NCBI GenBank assembly: GCA_963663805.2
Contig: CAXXMR010000018.1
Location: 115,645 to 179,644 of the forward strand
Origin: Sedimentisphaerales bacterium
GTDB lineage: Bacteria; Planctomycetota; Phycisphaerae; Sedimentisphaerales; SM23-30
Length of the DNA: 64,000 nt
Direction of reading: 5' to 3'
Shown: positions 30,580 through 40,955 of the stretch, one piece after another
Layout of the letters: every line of letters begins with the position of its first letter
How positions within the stretch are numbered: the first letter of the stretch is position 1
Translations under genes and position numbers: made by a program
The notes under the pieces: model-generated
What the model was told of the DNA's origin: nothing
The model's database searches: none
Seen by the model: the letters and a program-made list of their open reading frames with translations, nothing else

Positions 30580-32757
30580 ATGTCGATAACTGGCGATGCT
30601 TCTGGTGTTTGGGCTGAAGAATTCTCCAAACTTACCAGTCAGCTGAAAAACCTGATCGATACCAACCGCCCTGCCGAAGCGTTGCAATTAATCGCAAACA
30701 GCAAGACTCGGATTAAATCTCCGGGTCTTGTTTTTTTATTGGAAGGTGTCGCTCTGGCCCTGACCGGTCCGCTCGCCGAATCGGACGGCAAAATGCGTCA
30801 GGCCAAACAGGTTCTAGCCGACGCGGAGCTTCCGGCATGTCAGTCATTGTATTCAGCCTTGTGGGTCAACGTGCAGCGGGCTCTTTCCCGCCGCGAAAGG
30901 GGGGCGACGGCTTTTGCTTATACAAATTATAAGAGTAACCTGAAGGTGCTAAAAAAAGTTGACCCCAAACTGGCCGATGAGGTTCAGGCAGCCGACTGGC
31001 CCGAGCATCAATTTTGTATCGAGCTTTGGGAGGGCCTCTATCTGTTCGATGAACAGGCCGGAGGGCTTTTGATTTTACCGGAAGAGACCCGGACCGGTTT
31101 CGACAAGAAAACCGGCTCACGTACCCCGATAGGTATTGGGGCCGTTGTGACCGGTCAGGAAGCGATTTATTGCCTGCGGCATCGTTACGATGGTTTCATG
31201 ACCATGGCCCGGGCTCATTATGTTTTCGAGTCGGACGTGGTCAAAATAAAGACCATGCTGCATCTGGCGGATTTCAGTGAGAATATGCGTAACAATGAGC
31301 TGTTCATCTTCGGCGGCAGTTCGCTCGGTGACCGCATTGCCGAGGTGTTCGGCAGCTATCGTTATCCGCCCCCGCCGGACTTGATGGGGTTCCCGGACAA
31401 GGTCAAAGAGTATATCGAAAAGGTCGATGCAGCCCTGAACTGGAATGATTTATCCGAAAAGGTACGCGGCTATTATAAATCCGCTGAATATCGCGTGCGT
31501 TTAAAACAGATTCAAACAGGCAAACTTATGCCGCGAATATTAGTCGTCGCTTGTCGCTGGACCACATTCTTGCAGTATTGCTGTACGGATTTCATGAAGG
31601 CGTTCGAGCTGGTCGGCTGCGAATGTCGCTATCTGATAGAGGAGGCGGACGCTCAATGTCTGCTGGCTGGCACCTTCTGGAAAAATTTTGATGATTTCCA
31701 GCCCGACGCGGTCTTTATGGCCAGCCATGCCCGTCCCTCCTGGCCTTTCATGCCGGAAGAGATTCCCTGCATCAGTTTCATTCAGGATAAATGTCAGCCG
31801 CTTTTGGGTATCGGTGATCTGACCGGCCGGGTAGGGAGGCATGATTTGTTCGCCTGCATGATGACCGATTTCCAAAACTATCTGACCAGTAAAAAACTGC
31901 CCGTCGACCAGACCTTTATCATGCCAGTCCCCGGCGATGAGAAAATGTTTTACCCTCTGGACGGCGATTTCAAACCGGATAATAAATTCAGTGCCGACGT
32001 CGGCTTCGTCAAGCATGGTCAGGGTGGGGTCGCCAAAGTCCATGCCGAATTTGTGCAGAAGAATATCGAGTCGCAGGAAGATGTTCCCATGCGCCAGCGG
32101 CTGCGGGAGATAATGGCGGGGCTTTATAATGATATTTGTCTGGATGCGGGCTGCACTTATAACGAGGAAGATATTTATCAGTACGCATTGGAACGCATCG
32201 GCCCGACTAATGATGAACTGCGTCATAATCTTCGCGGCCTGATGGCTCTGTATAATATCATGGTATATTGCAGTGCCTGGCGATTCAGATTTCTTGAGGC
32301 CCTGGATGAAGCGGGCGTTGATTTAGCTCTTTACGGCGGCGGCTGGCAGGACAATGACCAGCTGGCCCATCTGGACCGCGGCCCCGTAAAACGTGATACC
32401 GAGCTTAACCAGGTCTATAATTTCAATCGTATCAACCTGAGCATTCACCATACCGCTACCATGCACCAGCGGCTGACCGAATGCGGTCTGGCTGGCGGCT
32501 TCATGATGATAACCGACCACCCACCCGACAGAGATTGGGAACCGGCCCGGAAGTATTTCGAGGAAGATAAGGAATTAGTCTTTTTTGCCAGTCCCGTCGA
32601 GCTTATCGACAAGACCCGCTATTATCTGGCCCATCCCGACGAGCGAGCCGCCATCGCCGTGGCCATGCACCAGAAGGCCCTGAAATCCCTGAGTTGCCGG
32701 GCCGCCGCCGAGACCCTGCTGATACGCTTCCGCGAGCTGCTCGGTAAATGCCTTTAA
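30580..32757 (+). CDS. CgeB / Glyco_trans_1_2-type glycosyltransferase
   Basis: C-terminal LYGGGW, INLSI, RLTECGLAGGF, YYLAHPDERAAIA; AGGAG RBS. Confidence 0.75.
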   Translation: MSITGDASGVWAEEFSKLTSQLKNLIDTNRPAEALQLIANSKTRIKSPGLVFLLEGVALALTGPLAESDGKMRQAKQVLADAELPACQSLYSALWVNVQRALSRRERGATAFAYTNYKSNLKVLKKVDPKLADEVQAADWPEHQFCIELWEGLYLFDEQAGGLLILPEETRTGFDKKTGSRTPIGIGAVVTGQEAIYCLRHRYDGFMTMARAHYVFESDVVKIKTMLHLADFSENMRNNELFIFGGSSLGDRIAEVFGSYRYPPPPDLMGFPDKVKEYIEKVDAALNWNDLSEKVRGYYKSAEYRVRLKQIQTGKLMPRILVVACRWTTFLQYCCTDFMKAFELVGCECRYLIEEADAQCLLAGTFWKNFDDFQPDAVFMASHARPSWPFMPEEIPCISFIQDKCQPLLGIGDLTGRVGRHDLFACMMTDFQNYLTSKKLPVDQTFIMPVPGDEKMFYPLDGDFKPDNKFSADVGFVKHGQGGVAKVHAEFVQKNIESQEDVPMRQRLREIMAGLYNDICLDAGCTYNEEDIYQYALERIGPTNDELRHNLRGLMALYNIMVYCSAWRFRFLEALDEAGVDLALYGGGWQDNDQLAHLDRGPVKRDTELNQVYNFNRINLSIHHTATMHQRLTECGLAGGFMMITDHPPDRDWEPARKYFEEDKELVFFASPVELIDKTRYYLAHPDERAAIAVAMHQKALKSLSCRAAAETLLIRFRELLGKCL

Positions 32758-32821
32758 CCCGAAACTTCCCAGTTGGGTCGGAACAACAATATTCTGCCGG
32801 TGCTCCTCTGGTTGTACCACG

Positions 32822-32917
32822 GTCCTTTCGGCGATAGCTCGGCATTGGCCGGACTTTGTTATCATACTCATTCTGCTTTTGGCCAACGCCGTGGTCGGAT
32901 TCTGGGAAGAACATCAG
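32822..32917 (+). pseudogene. Short fragment of a P-type (H+-exporting-like) ATPase gene
   Basis: Translates VLSAIARHWPDFVIILILLLANAVVGFWEEHQ (TM1-2 region); ends next to a MITE. Confidence 0.6.
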
Positions 32918-32929
32918 GTATGTAAACTG

Positions 32930-33036
32930 GTAACATTTTGCCAAGTGAAGCAAATTCTATAATTTTCGGGTTACATCAAAATCGGAAAACTGCCAAAACT
33001 GGCCGGCTTTGATGCTTCAATTGGCTAAAATATTAC
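32930..33036 (+). mobile_element. 107-bp MITE derived from the IS66 family at 21310
   Basis: Left ~43 bp and right ~64 bp align with the two ends of element 21310-22133; GTAA...TTAC termini. Confidence 0.85.
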
Positions 33037-33899
33037 GTTTTTTTGAAGTTGCGTGGTGAGGTGCCGCTCCAGCGCTTAAAAGCTGCTGAGAAGGAGAAGC
33101 TGTCGGTATATCCGACTAGTTCGGCGATTGTTCCCAGATTGAAGTTGGTGTTGACGATCAGTTCCCGGGCTCGTTCCATTCTCATCTGAATAACTTTCTG
33201 CATGGGTGTCATGCCTAGATGTCTGGAGCAGATTCTGGAGAAATGGTCGGTTGAATAATATAGTCCTGATGTTTCTTGCAGGCCTTCGACCGTCCAGGGC
33301 AGATGCAGCTGTGATCCTACTTTTTCGAAAAGTCGGGTGAGGGCCTGGGTGACGATATGGTCCTGTTTGTCGTCATTGAGGCCTAGCTCCCACTCCAGAA
33401 ACATCAGGCTAAGTTCGGAAAGCAGTCTTAAAGTTTTTTGGGTGTAGGGTGAGCGCACTTGCAGAGCCCAGAACAGTTCTTCTATGATAGGTCGGAATTT
33501 TTCGCCGAATACCGAATGTCTTACCGCTGGGCCGATAGTGCGAATCATGGACCAGGGTGCTTCGTCTCTTAGAGACCACCAGAGCAGTGTCCATGTTTCA
33601 CCTTTAAGGCCAAACTGGTGGGGTATTTTTTTGGGTGAAATCCAAACCTGGCCAGCCGAGAGGTCCGTTTTGATGCCCTGTGTTTTGAGCCAGCCTTTGC
33701 CTTCCAGAGTATAGAGGAAGTGGTGGCAAAGAGGGTTTGAGCGGGCGGCTTCATAAACTCCCTTGATATCGTTTATGCCAGCGAAGACTATGCCGTTGTT
33801 ACGTAGTATCGATAATTCCGGTGATGATATGGGCAGCATTCTCTGGCGGCATTCGGGGCCGATATTGTAGGTTTCGTTATATGACTGTTTGACGACCAT
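33033..33899 (-). CDS. AraC family transcriptional regulator
   Basis: Cupin-like N-terminus; IAELVGYTDSFSFSAAFKRWSGTSPRNF. Confidence 0.92.
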   Translation of the reverse strand: MVVKQSYNETYNIGPECRQRMLPISSPELSILRNNGIVFAGINDIKGVYEAARSNPLCHHFLYTLEGKGWLKTQGIKTDLSAGQVWISPKKIPHQFGLKGETWTLLWWSLRDEAPWSMIRTIGPAVRHSVFGEKFRPIIEELFWALQVRSPYTQKTLRLLSELSLMFLEWELGLNDDKQDHIVTQALTRLFEKVGSQLHLPWTVEGLQETSGLYYSTDHFSRICSRHLGMTPMQKVIQMRMERARELIVNTNFNLGTIAELVGYTDSFSFSAAFKRWSGTSPRNFKKT

Positions 33900-34200
33900 T
33901 GTTTTTTTGGCGCCCGATAAAGGTTTGTGTGAACCGGTAGTTGCGACGTCGCATTTGTAGACGGGCGAAACCAGTCGTAATTCAACAGGCTTATAGTATC
34001 AGGTTTAATCTCGAAATACAACATATTTGTTGTTGTTGTAAAAAATGAGGGCAGCGGTTTGTTTTTATGTCTTTGCCAGGCTGTTCTTTTTCTTAAGTTG
34101 TTTACTAGAAATAGTTTGTGTGTGTATTTCGTGTGGTTTGGTTTCCCGGTTATGCGTACGTTTGGTCAGGTTTTCCTGGTTGTCGGAAAGTTTTGAGATA

Positions 34201-34237
34201 AATAATGTCGTTTATTATTATGTATTTGTCGGTTTTA
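34201..34237 (+). promoter_or_regulatory. Putative AraC operator, copy 1
   Basis: AATAATGTCGTTT-N-TTGTCGGTTTTA with 21-bp half-site spacing; TATGAT at 34264; related copy at 39937. Confidence 0.6.
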
Positions 34238-34322
34238 ATCATTTTGCAAAAGTCTTTTTATGATATGATTTACTATCGTGATGGCGATATTACTATCAGA
34301 GGCCATGAGGAGATACTGGCAA

Positions 34323-35108
34323 ATGAGACATTATTCTAAAAACCGGGGTTTTACGCTCATTGAATTATTGGTGGTTGTGGCGATAATCGCACTGCTGGTG
34401 TCGATTTTGCTGCCCAGCCTTGGTGCGGCGCGGGACCAGGCCAAAGCGGTTATGTGCATGTCGAATCAGCATCAGTTAGGGTTGGCTTTTCTGGCTTACA
34501 CTCAGGAGCACAAAGGCAAACTTCCGCCAGCGGTACACTGGGACAACTGGTATGCTAAAGATGGTTATTACACCTGGGCAGGTCAGTTGTATTATGAAGA
34601 GAAGCTGATTCAGGATTCCGTGGTTTTTCATTGTCCGCGCACGGGGTTACCATCTGGTTATGATAAGAAGTGGAAGGGGCCAGTTGAGGGAACGGGGGCT
34701 CCTTATGTTCCCAGTACGAAATATCCTGACCAATATAATTGGGAGGCTCGGTGGACATATGGATTGCGTCTGGTAGATTTTTCCGGGGTGTCCATGAAGG
34801 AAATCAAGCTGGAGGAGATACGGATGCCGTCGGGATATTTTTTACTAACCGATACAGCCTGCCCGCTGAATTACAAGGAAGGTGCCACCTTGCTCCAGAA
34901 TTATATTTTTGACACCTGGCATGTATTTTTCATGCTGCATCAGAACGGCACCAATATTCTACACGCTGATGTTTCGGTTGGCAGATATGAAGAAGACGAG
35001 ATAATTAATGTGGCATTACGAGACGATACGCTGGGGCCGTTCCAGTTTCCCGGCGTTCTTTATCCCAATGGCAAACAGTCGGGGGAAGAACTAAAAATTG
35101 GGAATTAG
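34323..35108 (+). CDS. Prepilin-type N-terminal cleavage/methylation protein (DUF1559-like)
   Basis: [30 protein letters not shown]...C.SN; variant H-x9-D motif [14 protein letters not shown]. Confidence 0.9.
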   Translation: MRHYSKNRGFTLIELLVVVAIIALLVSILLPSLGAARDQAKAVMCMSNQHQLGLAFLAYTQEHKGKLPPAVHWDNWYAKDGYYTWAGQLYYEEKLIQDSVVFHCPRTGLPSGYDKKWKGPVEGTGAPYVPSTKYPDQYNWEARWTYGLRLVDFSGVSMKEIKLEEIRMPSGYFLLTDTACPLNYKEGATLLQNYIFDTWHVFFMLHQNGTNILHADVSVGRYEEDEIINVALRDDTLGPFQFPGVLYPNGKQSGEELKIGN

Positions 35109-35148
35109 TTGATAGTTGAGAGGATACACTTTTTTAAGGAGGTCTGTT

Positions 35149-36600
35149 ATGACTAAACGAGTACTATTGATTGGATTATTTTCCGTTATGTTGTCTAGCC
35201 AGGTTTTGGCGGTCGGTTATTATGCCAGCGGTGTTACCGGTGTCTGGGACAATCCGGTAACCTGGGGTGGGGCCGGTTATCCGGTTGTCGGTGATACAGC
35301 CTATTTGAATCTGGGCAGCACAGTTAATGTTGATGGGACCGACGAAAGTGTTTATCAGATTCACTTTGCGTCGTGGTCGGGTAATTCTGATTTAGTCACG
35401 CTTAATATTACCAACAGCGGCAGTCTGACGGTTTCGGACTGGGCTTATCTGGGCGTAGCTGATGGCGATGTAGGCGAAATGAACGTTGTCGGCGGCGGGA
35501 CATTTACCTGCGACAGTGCCATGAATGTCGGTTTTAACGGTACTTGTACGTTGAATGTTAATGGCGGGACAGTTAATGCCAACGGCGGTTTGTTTACGCC
35601 CAACCCCTGGCAGGCGGCCGGCACCGGTGTGGGCACTATCAATGTTATTGACGGAATTATTAACGTCTCGACAGATTTTGCTATGGGCAGCAGTGGCCTT
35701 ATCAATATTGAATACGGCAAAATCAAAATCTATGGCTTGTGGTACGACACCCTGTTGACCGGTTACATAACCGGCAATCAAATAATCGGCTTCGGCGGGA
35801 CCAGTTCCGTTGTTTTGAGCCATGAGGGAGACTATACCATTCTCAGTGCCGTTGACCCGCTGCAGCCGGACCCGGTTGACGATGCCACGCTGTCAGCTGG
35901 CAGTTATACCATGCGTTGGGTTCTGCCTGAGCCGGAAGTATCAGGCGGTTCGGTAAGCTGCGATGTGTATTTTACGGACGACTATCCTGCCGCAGGCACG
36001 CCGGGCGACCCGAACTTTACCGATTATGCCGCCAAGATTGTGGATGCTCAGGTTCAGGAATCGATTGTGCGGACGCTTGAAGCCAACAAAGACTATTACT
36101 GGAGAATCGATATTTACGATACCAGCTCCAGCGAACCCCAACCTGCGGTCGGACATGTATTGCATTTCGATACCAAGAACCAGGCTCCTACAGCCAATGC
36201 CGGTGCGGATGTTTATACCTGGTTGACCGGCGGGGTCGCCAGTGTTGATTTGCTGGGCAGTGTAACCGATGACGGTTTGCCCGGTCCTTATACGGTACAA
36301 TGGCAGGTCACCAGTGAACCTGTTGCCGATGATGCTCAGTTGGACCCGGTTGCCGGAGACCAGCTCGCAGTAAACGTAACAATGACCCAACTAGGTGATT
36401 ATGTTCTTGAACTGACAGCCGATGACGGCCAACGTACGGGAAGCGATTCGGTGGTAATTCATGTCTATGAAGATAACTGCAAAGCCGCCCAAGGCGCCGG
36501 CATAGCTCTTTATGACAGCGACCTGAATGCCGATTGCGTTGTCGATTTGTTGGATTTGGCCTTGTTTGCCAGTGAGTGGCTTTTAGATATGAGCCTCTAG
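35149..36600 (+). CDS. Secreted beta-helix-like protein with Ig/PKD domains and dockerin-like tail
   Basis: Signal peptide; G/N/T-rich repeats; YYWRID; NQAPTANAG..Y.LELTADDG; DLNADCVVDLLDLALFASEWL. Confidence 0.8.
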   Translation: MTKRVLLIGLFSVMLSSQVLAVGYYASGVTGVWDNPVTWGGAGYPVVGDTAYLNLGSTVNVDGTDESVYQIHFASWSGNSDLVTLNITNSGSLTVSDWAYLGVADGDVGEMNVVGGGTFTCDSAMNVGFNGTCTLNVNGGTVNANGGLFTPNPWQAAGTGVGTINVIDGIINVSTDFAMGSSGLINIEYGKIKIYGLWYDTLLTGYITGNQIIGFGGTSSVVLSHEGDYTILSAVDPLQPDPVDDATLSAGSYTMRWVLPEPEVSGGSVSCDVYFTDDYPAAGTPGDPNFTDYAAKIVDAQVQESIVRTLEANKDYYWRIDIYDTSSSEPQPAVGHVLHFDTKNQAPTANAGADVYTWLTGGVASVDLLGSVTDDGLPGPYTVQWQVTSEPVADDAQLDPVAGDQLAVNVTMTQLGDYVLELTADDGQRTGSDSVVIHVYEDNCKAAQGAGIALYDSDLNADCVVDLLDLALFASEWLLDMSL

Positions 36601-36736
36601 ATGATTGTTGTTGAAGTAAATGTGGTTGTATAAATGACGTTATCGCCGAAAGTTCATCTGGTTAAACTTTACGGTCGTAAAAGTAAAAGTTTATCTGAGC
36701 TTTTGGCGGTTTCGTTAATAAAGTTGGTAGTGAGCT

Positions 36737-38041
36737 ATGACTAAACTTTCGAAAATAATTATTGTTGGGGGCGGCAGCAGAGGTACGCTTTTTGCAAAGT
36801 ATTTTGCCGAGCATCCGGGTAAAGCCAGAGTTGTTGGTGTGGCTGAGCCTCGGGACTACCATCGCCAGAACATAGTTGCCCAGCATAAAATCCCCGCTGA
36901 AAATGTCTTCTATAGCTGGGAAGAAATTTTGGCTCGCCCTAAATTTGCCGACGCGGTGGTGATTACCACTCAAGACAAAATGCACACTGACTCCGCAATT
37001 GCCTTTGCGAATATGGGCTATCACATCCTGCTGGAAAAACCCATGGCAACCACTTTTGCGGATTGTGAAAAAATCGTACAAGCCGTGGTGGACAGCCATG
37101 TTATTCTGGCAGTCTGTCATTGCCTGCGTTATACAGCCGACACTCAAAAGGTCAAAGAAATCATTGATTCGGGCAAAATCGGAGACATTGTAAATATTCA
37201 GCGGCTCGAGCCGGTCGGTTACTGGCATCAGGCACATTCATTTGTGCGGGGCGAGTGGGCAAATTCAGTAAAATCATCCCCAATGCTGCTGGCTAAATCA
37301 TGTCACGACATCGACTGGATTGCCTATGTCATGAATCGCGAATGCCTGGCAGTGTCATCATTCGGAGACCTGGCCTTCTTTAAACGGGCTAACAAGCCCG
37401 CGGGTTCATCCTCAAGATGTATTAATTGTCCAGTCGAAAATGAGTGCCCGTATTCCGCTCAGAGATTGTATATGCAAAAACTCTCGGCCAAAGACTACAC
37501 CTGGCCTCTGGATGTGGTGATTTCCGAATTTACGGAAGAGTCGCTTAATAACGCCCTGCGGTATGGCCCGTATGGCAAATGCGTTTTTGATTGTGATAAC
37601 GATGTGGTTGATAATCAAGTTGTAAATATGCTGTTCGAGGGCGGGCGAACGGCTTCCTTGACAATGACCGCGTTTTGCGCTCATGAAGGAAGGAAAACCA
37701 ATATTTTTGGCACCAAAGGCCATCTGACAATCGATGAGAAAGAAATACGTCATTTTGATTTCCGCAGTGACAAGGTCGATACTATTGTAATCGACAGTGA
37801 GCATTCTATGCTGGGTGGCCATGGCGGCGGCGACTATGCCCTGGCGGCAGCCTTTGTCGAAGCGGTGACCTGTAATGACCAGAGCAAGGTGCTCTCCGGT
37901 CCGTATGAAACACTGAATTCGCATAAAATAGTGTTTTGTGCCGAAAAAGCCCGCTTGACAGATTCGGTTGTAAGAATTAAAAACGCCTTTGTTGATGAAA
38001 ATCAAATAGCTTTTCCCTCAAAAATAAAAGAGCTTATTTGA
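36737..38041 (+). CDS. Gfo/Idh/MocA family oxidoreductase
   Basis: GGGSRG Rossmann motif, LEKPM, AKSCHDID, HGGGD. Confidence 0.92.
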   Translation: MTKLSKIIIVGGGSRGTLFAKYFAEHPGKARVVGVAEPRDYHRQNIVAQHKIPAENVFYSWEEILARPKFADAVVITTQDKMHTDSAIAFANMGYHILLEKPMATTFADCEKIVQAVVDSHVILAVCHCLRYTADTQKVKEIIDSGKIGDIVNIQRLEPVGYWHQAHSFVRGEWANSVKSSPMLLAKSCHDIDWIAYVMNRECLAVSSFGDLAFFKRANKPAGSSSRCINCPVENECPYSAQRLYMQKLSAKDYTWPLDVVISEFTEESLNNALRYGPYGKCVFDCDNDVVDNQVVNMLFEGGRTASLTMTAFCAHEGRKTNIFGTKGHLTIDEKEIRHFDFRSDKVDTIVIDSEHSMLGGHGGGDYALAAAFVEAVTCNDQSKVLSGPYETLNSHKIVFCAEKARLTDSVVRIKNAFVDENQIAFPSKIKELI

Positions 38042-38164
38042 TTTCGGGGACAACTTCGTCCTTTCAGTAAAATTGGTTAATGGGTTTTATTCACTTTGAA
38101 CGGCAATAGCCAGCAGCAGACATAATCCGGGCAGGTTCACGATAGTAAATTTGAAAGTTGCTTC

Positions 38165-39928
38165 ATGGTCTTTATCGACTGGTTGATTGTTGGTTTTTAT
38201 ATCGTCTTTGCCATTGGCATCGGTGTTGCCTTTACGAAAAAGGCGAGCAAGAACACGGATGATTTTTTTGTGGCCGGCCGGACATTGCCCTGGTTTGTGG
38301 CCGGCACCTCTATCGTCGCCACAACATTTTCCACCGACACCCCCCTTTTCGTGGCGGGAATGACTCGCGATTCAGGCATTGCCAGTAATTGGTTCTGGTG
38401 GGCTTTTGCGGTAGGGCAAATAGCAACGGTGTTTTTCTTTGCCGGGCTCTGGCGTCGTACGGGGGTTCTTACTGACCTGGAGTTTGTCGTAAAACGCTAT
38501 GAAGCGTCCACCGCTCGCTCGTTTCTACGAGTATTCAAAGTTTTCTTTGACGGCATACTTGTTAATTGCACGATTGTCGCTTCGGTGACGCTGGCGATGG
38601 CCAAAATTCTCAAGGCTATGCTTCATTTGTCGGAAACGCCGATAGTGGACATACCGTTGTTTGGCCCCCTGACGCCTACCGGTCTGCTATTGATTGTTTT
38701 GGGTGGTTCGGCGGTTTTGTATTCCTGTATGTCCGGGCTTTATGGCGTGGTCTATACGGATTTATTGCAGTTTGCGTTGGCGATGATTGGCTGTATCGGG
38801 TTGTCTGTGCTGGTTTATGTGGACGCTGATAAGGGCGGTGGGATTTTGGAGAAACTTTCCAGTTCTCCCGGATTTAATGATACCACCCTGAACTTTTTTC
38901 CCGATCTGTCATCTATGGACATGTTTAGTTTTGCTTTTGTGGTGTATATTTTCGTGGGGATTACGGGTGCCCAGGGGAACGGGTATTTTGTGCAAAGACT
39001 TTTGGCGACGCGTTCGGAAAAGGATTCTTTTCTGGCGTTTCTCTGGTACAATATCTGCCATTATGTTTTCAGGCCCTGGCCCTGGATTATTGTCGGCCTC
39101 CTGTCGCTTCATTATCTGCCGGACCTGCAAGATTCCGAAAGTGCGTTCCCGTTGATGATGGACCGGTTTTTACCTGTCGGCTTAAAAGGGGTTATGGTGG
39201 CGTCTCTGCTGGCGGCGTTTATGAGTACTATTGACACGATGCTCAACTGCGGCAGTTCCTATATCATCAATGACCTATATAGACCGTTCCTGAACAAGGG
39301 TAAGGACGCAAAACATTATGTTTTCGCCTCGCGTATCAGCATGATTCTGCTTACCGTTATCGCGATGATTATCACCACCAAGCTTACCAGCATACTGGAC
39401 GCTTATAAATATTTAAGTGTGATCTTAGGCGGTACCGGTACGGTTATGATTGCCCGGTGGTACTGGTGGAGGGTCAATGCTGTTTCGGAAATATCCGCGA
39501 TTGTCGGCAGTTTCGTCGTTGGCAATATGATGGAGGTGTTTTTGCCCAGTACCGAAACGACAGATTATTATGCGGTGAGAGTCCTGGTCAGCACCGTCGG
39601 TGTTACCGCTGTTTGGGTTATAGTGGCCCTGCTGACATCTAAAAAGCCGGATGCTCAGGCGATTGAGTTTTGTCGTCAGGTAAAAGTGCCGGGTCCGGGA
39701 TGGCAAAAAGTTCGGGTTATGGAGCGGATGAAAACGCCGGAGAGCAGCTTGAAGCAAAGTTTGCTGGGCTGGGGGCTGTGTGTGATATTTGTTTACTCGC
39801 TTATGCTAGGAATCGGCAAGTGCATATTCCAGCAATGGCACTGGGCAGGTTTTTATGCGGCGGCGACAATTTTAACGGGAATCGGGCTGAAACGTTCTAT
39901 TGCGAAAATGGGTTTCATTTCGAGCTAG
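38165..39928 (+). CDS. Sodium:solute symporter (SSS)
   Basis: FFVAGRTLPW..GTSIVATTF, QRLLA, AAFMSTID; many TM segments. Confidence 0.92.
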   Translation: MVFIDWLIVGFYIVFAIGIGVAFTKKASKNTDDFFVAGRTLPWFVAGTSIVATTFSTDTPLFVAGMTRDSGIASNWFWWAFAVGQIATVFFFAGLWRRTGVLTDLEFVVKRYEASTARSFLRVFKVFFDGILVNCTIVASVTLAMAKILKAMLHLSETPIVDIPLFGPLTPTGLLLIVLGGSAVLYSCMSGLYGVVYTDLLQFALAMIGCIGLSVLVYVDADKGGGILEKLSSSPGFNDTTLNFFPDLSSMDMFSFAFVVYIFVGITGAQGNGYFVQRLLATRSEKDSFLAFLWYNICHYVFRPWPWIIVGLLSLHYLPDLQDSESAFPLMMDRFLPVGLKGVMVASLLAAFMSTIDTMLNCGSSYIINDLYRPFLNKGKDAKHYVFASRISMILLTVIAMIITTKLTSILDAYKYLSVILGGTGTVMIARWYWWRVNAVSEISAIVGSFVVGNMMEVFLPSTETTDYYAVRVLVSTVGVTAVWVIVALLTSKKPDAQAIEFCRQVKVPGPGWQKVRVMERMKTPESSLKQSLLGWGLCVIFVYSLMLGIGKCIFQQWHWAGFYAAATILTGIGLKRSIAKMGFISS

Positions 39929-39936
39929 AAATGTCG

Positions 39937-39973
39937 AATAATGTCGGTTTTGCATATGTTATTGTCGATTTTA
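39937..39973 (+). promoter_or_regulatory. Putative AraC operator, copy 2
   Basis: AATAATGTCGGTTT-N-TTGTCGATTTTA; TATAAT at 40002. Confidence 0.6.
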
Positions 39974-40114
39974 GCTATTTATAATGAAAGCGTAGATATT
40001 GTATAATTCATAAAATGTTGTGTTCCGACAGGCTATGAGATGGTTGATTTTCTGTTATAGACTATATCGGACGCAGATATGTTTTTAGAGGTTCTAACAT
40101 AGGAGAAGGACAAA

Positions 40115-40885
40115 ATGTGTGCAAGAAGAGTTTTTTCTGTAGTGGCAGCGGTTTTGATTATGTCAATGCCGGTTTTGGCAACGGGTTATTATGCCAGTGG
40201 TGTTACCGGTCTCTGGAACGACGCGGTTACCTGGGGCGGGACGGCCTATCCTGTCGCTGGTGATACCGCTTACCTCAATCTGGGCAGTACGGTTGAAGTA
40301 GACGGTACCGCTGAAGCCGTGACTGAGCTTCATTTCGCTTCGTGGTCGGGAAATTCTAACCTGGTAACGCTAAATATTGTTAATAGCGGAAGTTTGACAG
40401 TCTCAGGCTGGAGCTACCTGGGCGTGGCTGCCGGTGATGTTGGCGAAATCAATGTTGGAGCGGGCTCTACGCTTACCTGCGGTGGCGCTATGAATGTTGG
40501 CTTCAACGGCGATTGCACATTGAACGTTAATGGTGGAACAGTAAATGCGAACGGTGGTTTGTATACTTCCAATCCGTGGCAGACAGCGGGTACCGGGTCA
40601 GGGACCATCAATCTGAATGCCGGCGTTGTCAATGTTTATGATTTTGCCATGAGCGGCACCGGTCTTATCAATATCGAGGCGGGCGAGATGCGTATCTACG
40701 GTCTTTGGTGGGACGCGACCCTGCAAGGGTTGATGACCGCTAATCAGATTGTTGGTTATAATGGTACGCAGTCGGTTGATATCAGCTATGATGGCGATTT
40801 TACCGTATTGAGTGCCGTTCCTGAGCCAGCGACGATGTGCCTGCTCGCTCTGGGCGGAATTATGCTCAGGCGTAAAAGAAGTTAA
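40115..40885 (+). CDS. PEP-CTERM sorting-domain protein
   Basis: Signal peptide; C-terminal VPEPATMCLLALGGIMLRRKRS. Confidence 0.93.
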   Translation: MCARRVFSVVAAVLIMSMPVLATGYYASGVTGLWNDAVTWGGTAYPVAGDTAYLNLGSTVEVDGTAEAVTELHFASWSGNSNLVTLNIVNSGSLTVSGWSYLGVAAGDVGEINVGAGSTLTCGGAMNVGFNGDCTLNVNGGTVNANGGLYTSNPWQTAGTGSGTINLNAGVVNVYDFAMSGTGLINIEAGEMRIYGLWWDATLQGLMTANQIVGYNGTQSVDISYDGDFTVLSAVPEPATMCLLALGGIMLRRKRS

Positions 40886-40955
40886 TTGGTGAAACCACAA
40901 TTAGTTTTTGCCGATAATTAGATGGTAAAACATAATTTATCATGGATGAACGAGG

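Noticed and set aside
21310..33036. Composite transposon bounded by the two related IS66 remnants
   Set aside because: The outer flanks share no duplication and the two copies are diverged.
35149..40885. Diversity-generating retroelement TR/VR pair
   Set aside because: Differences are spread over all bases and largely synonymous; both copies are full genes; no reverse transcriptase is present.
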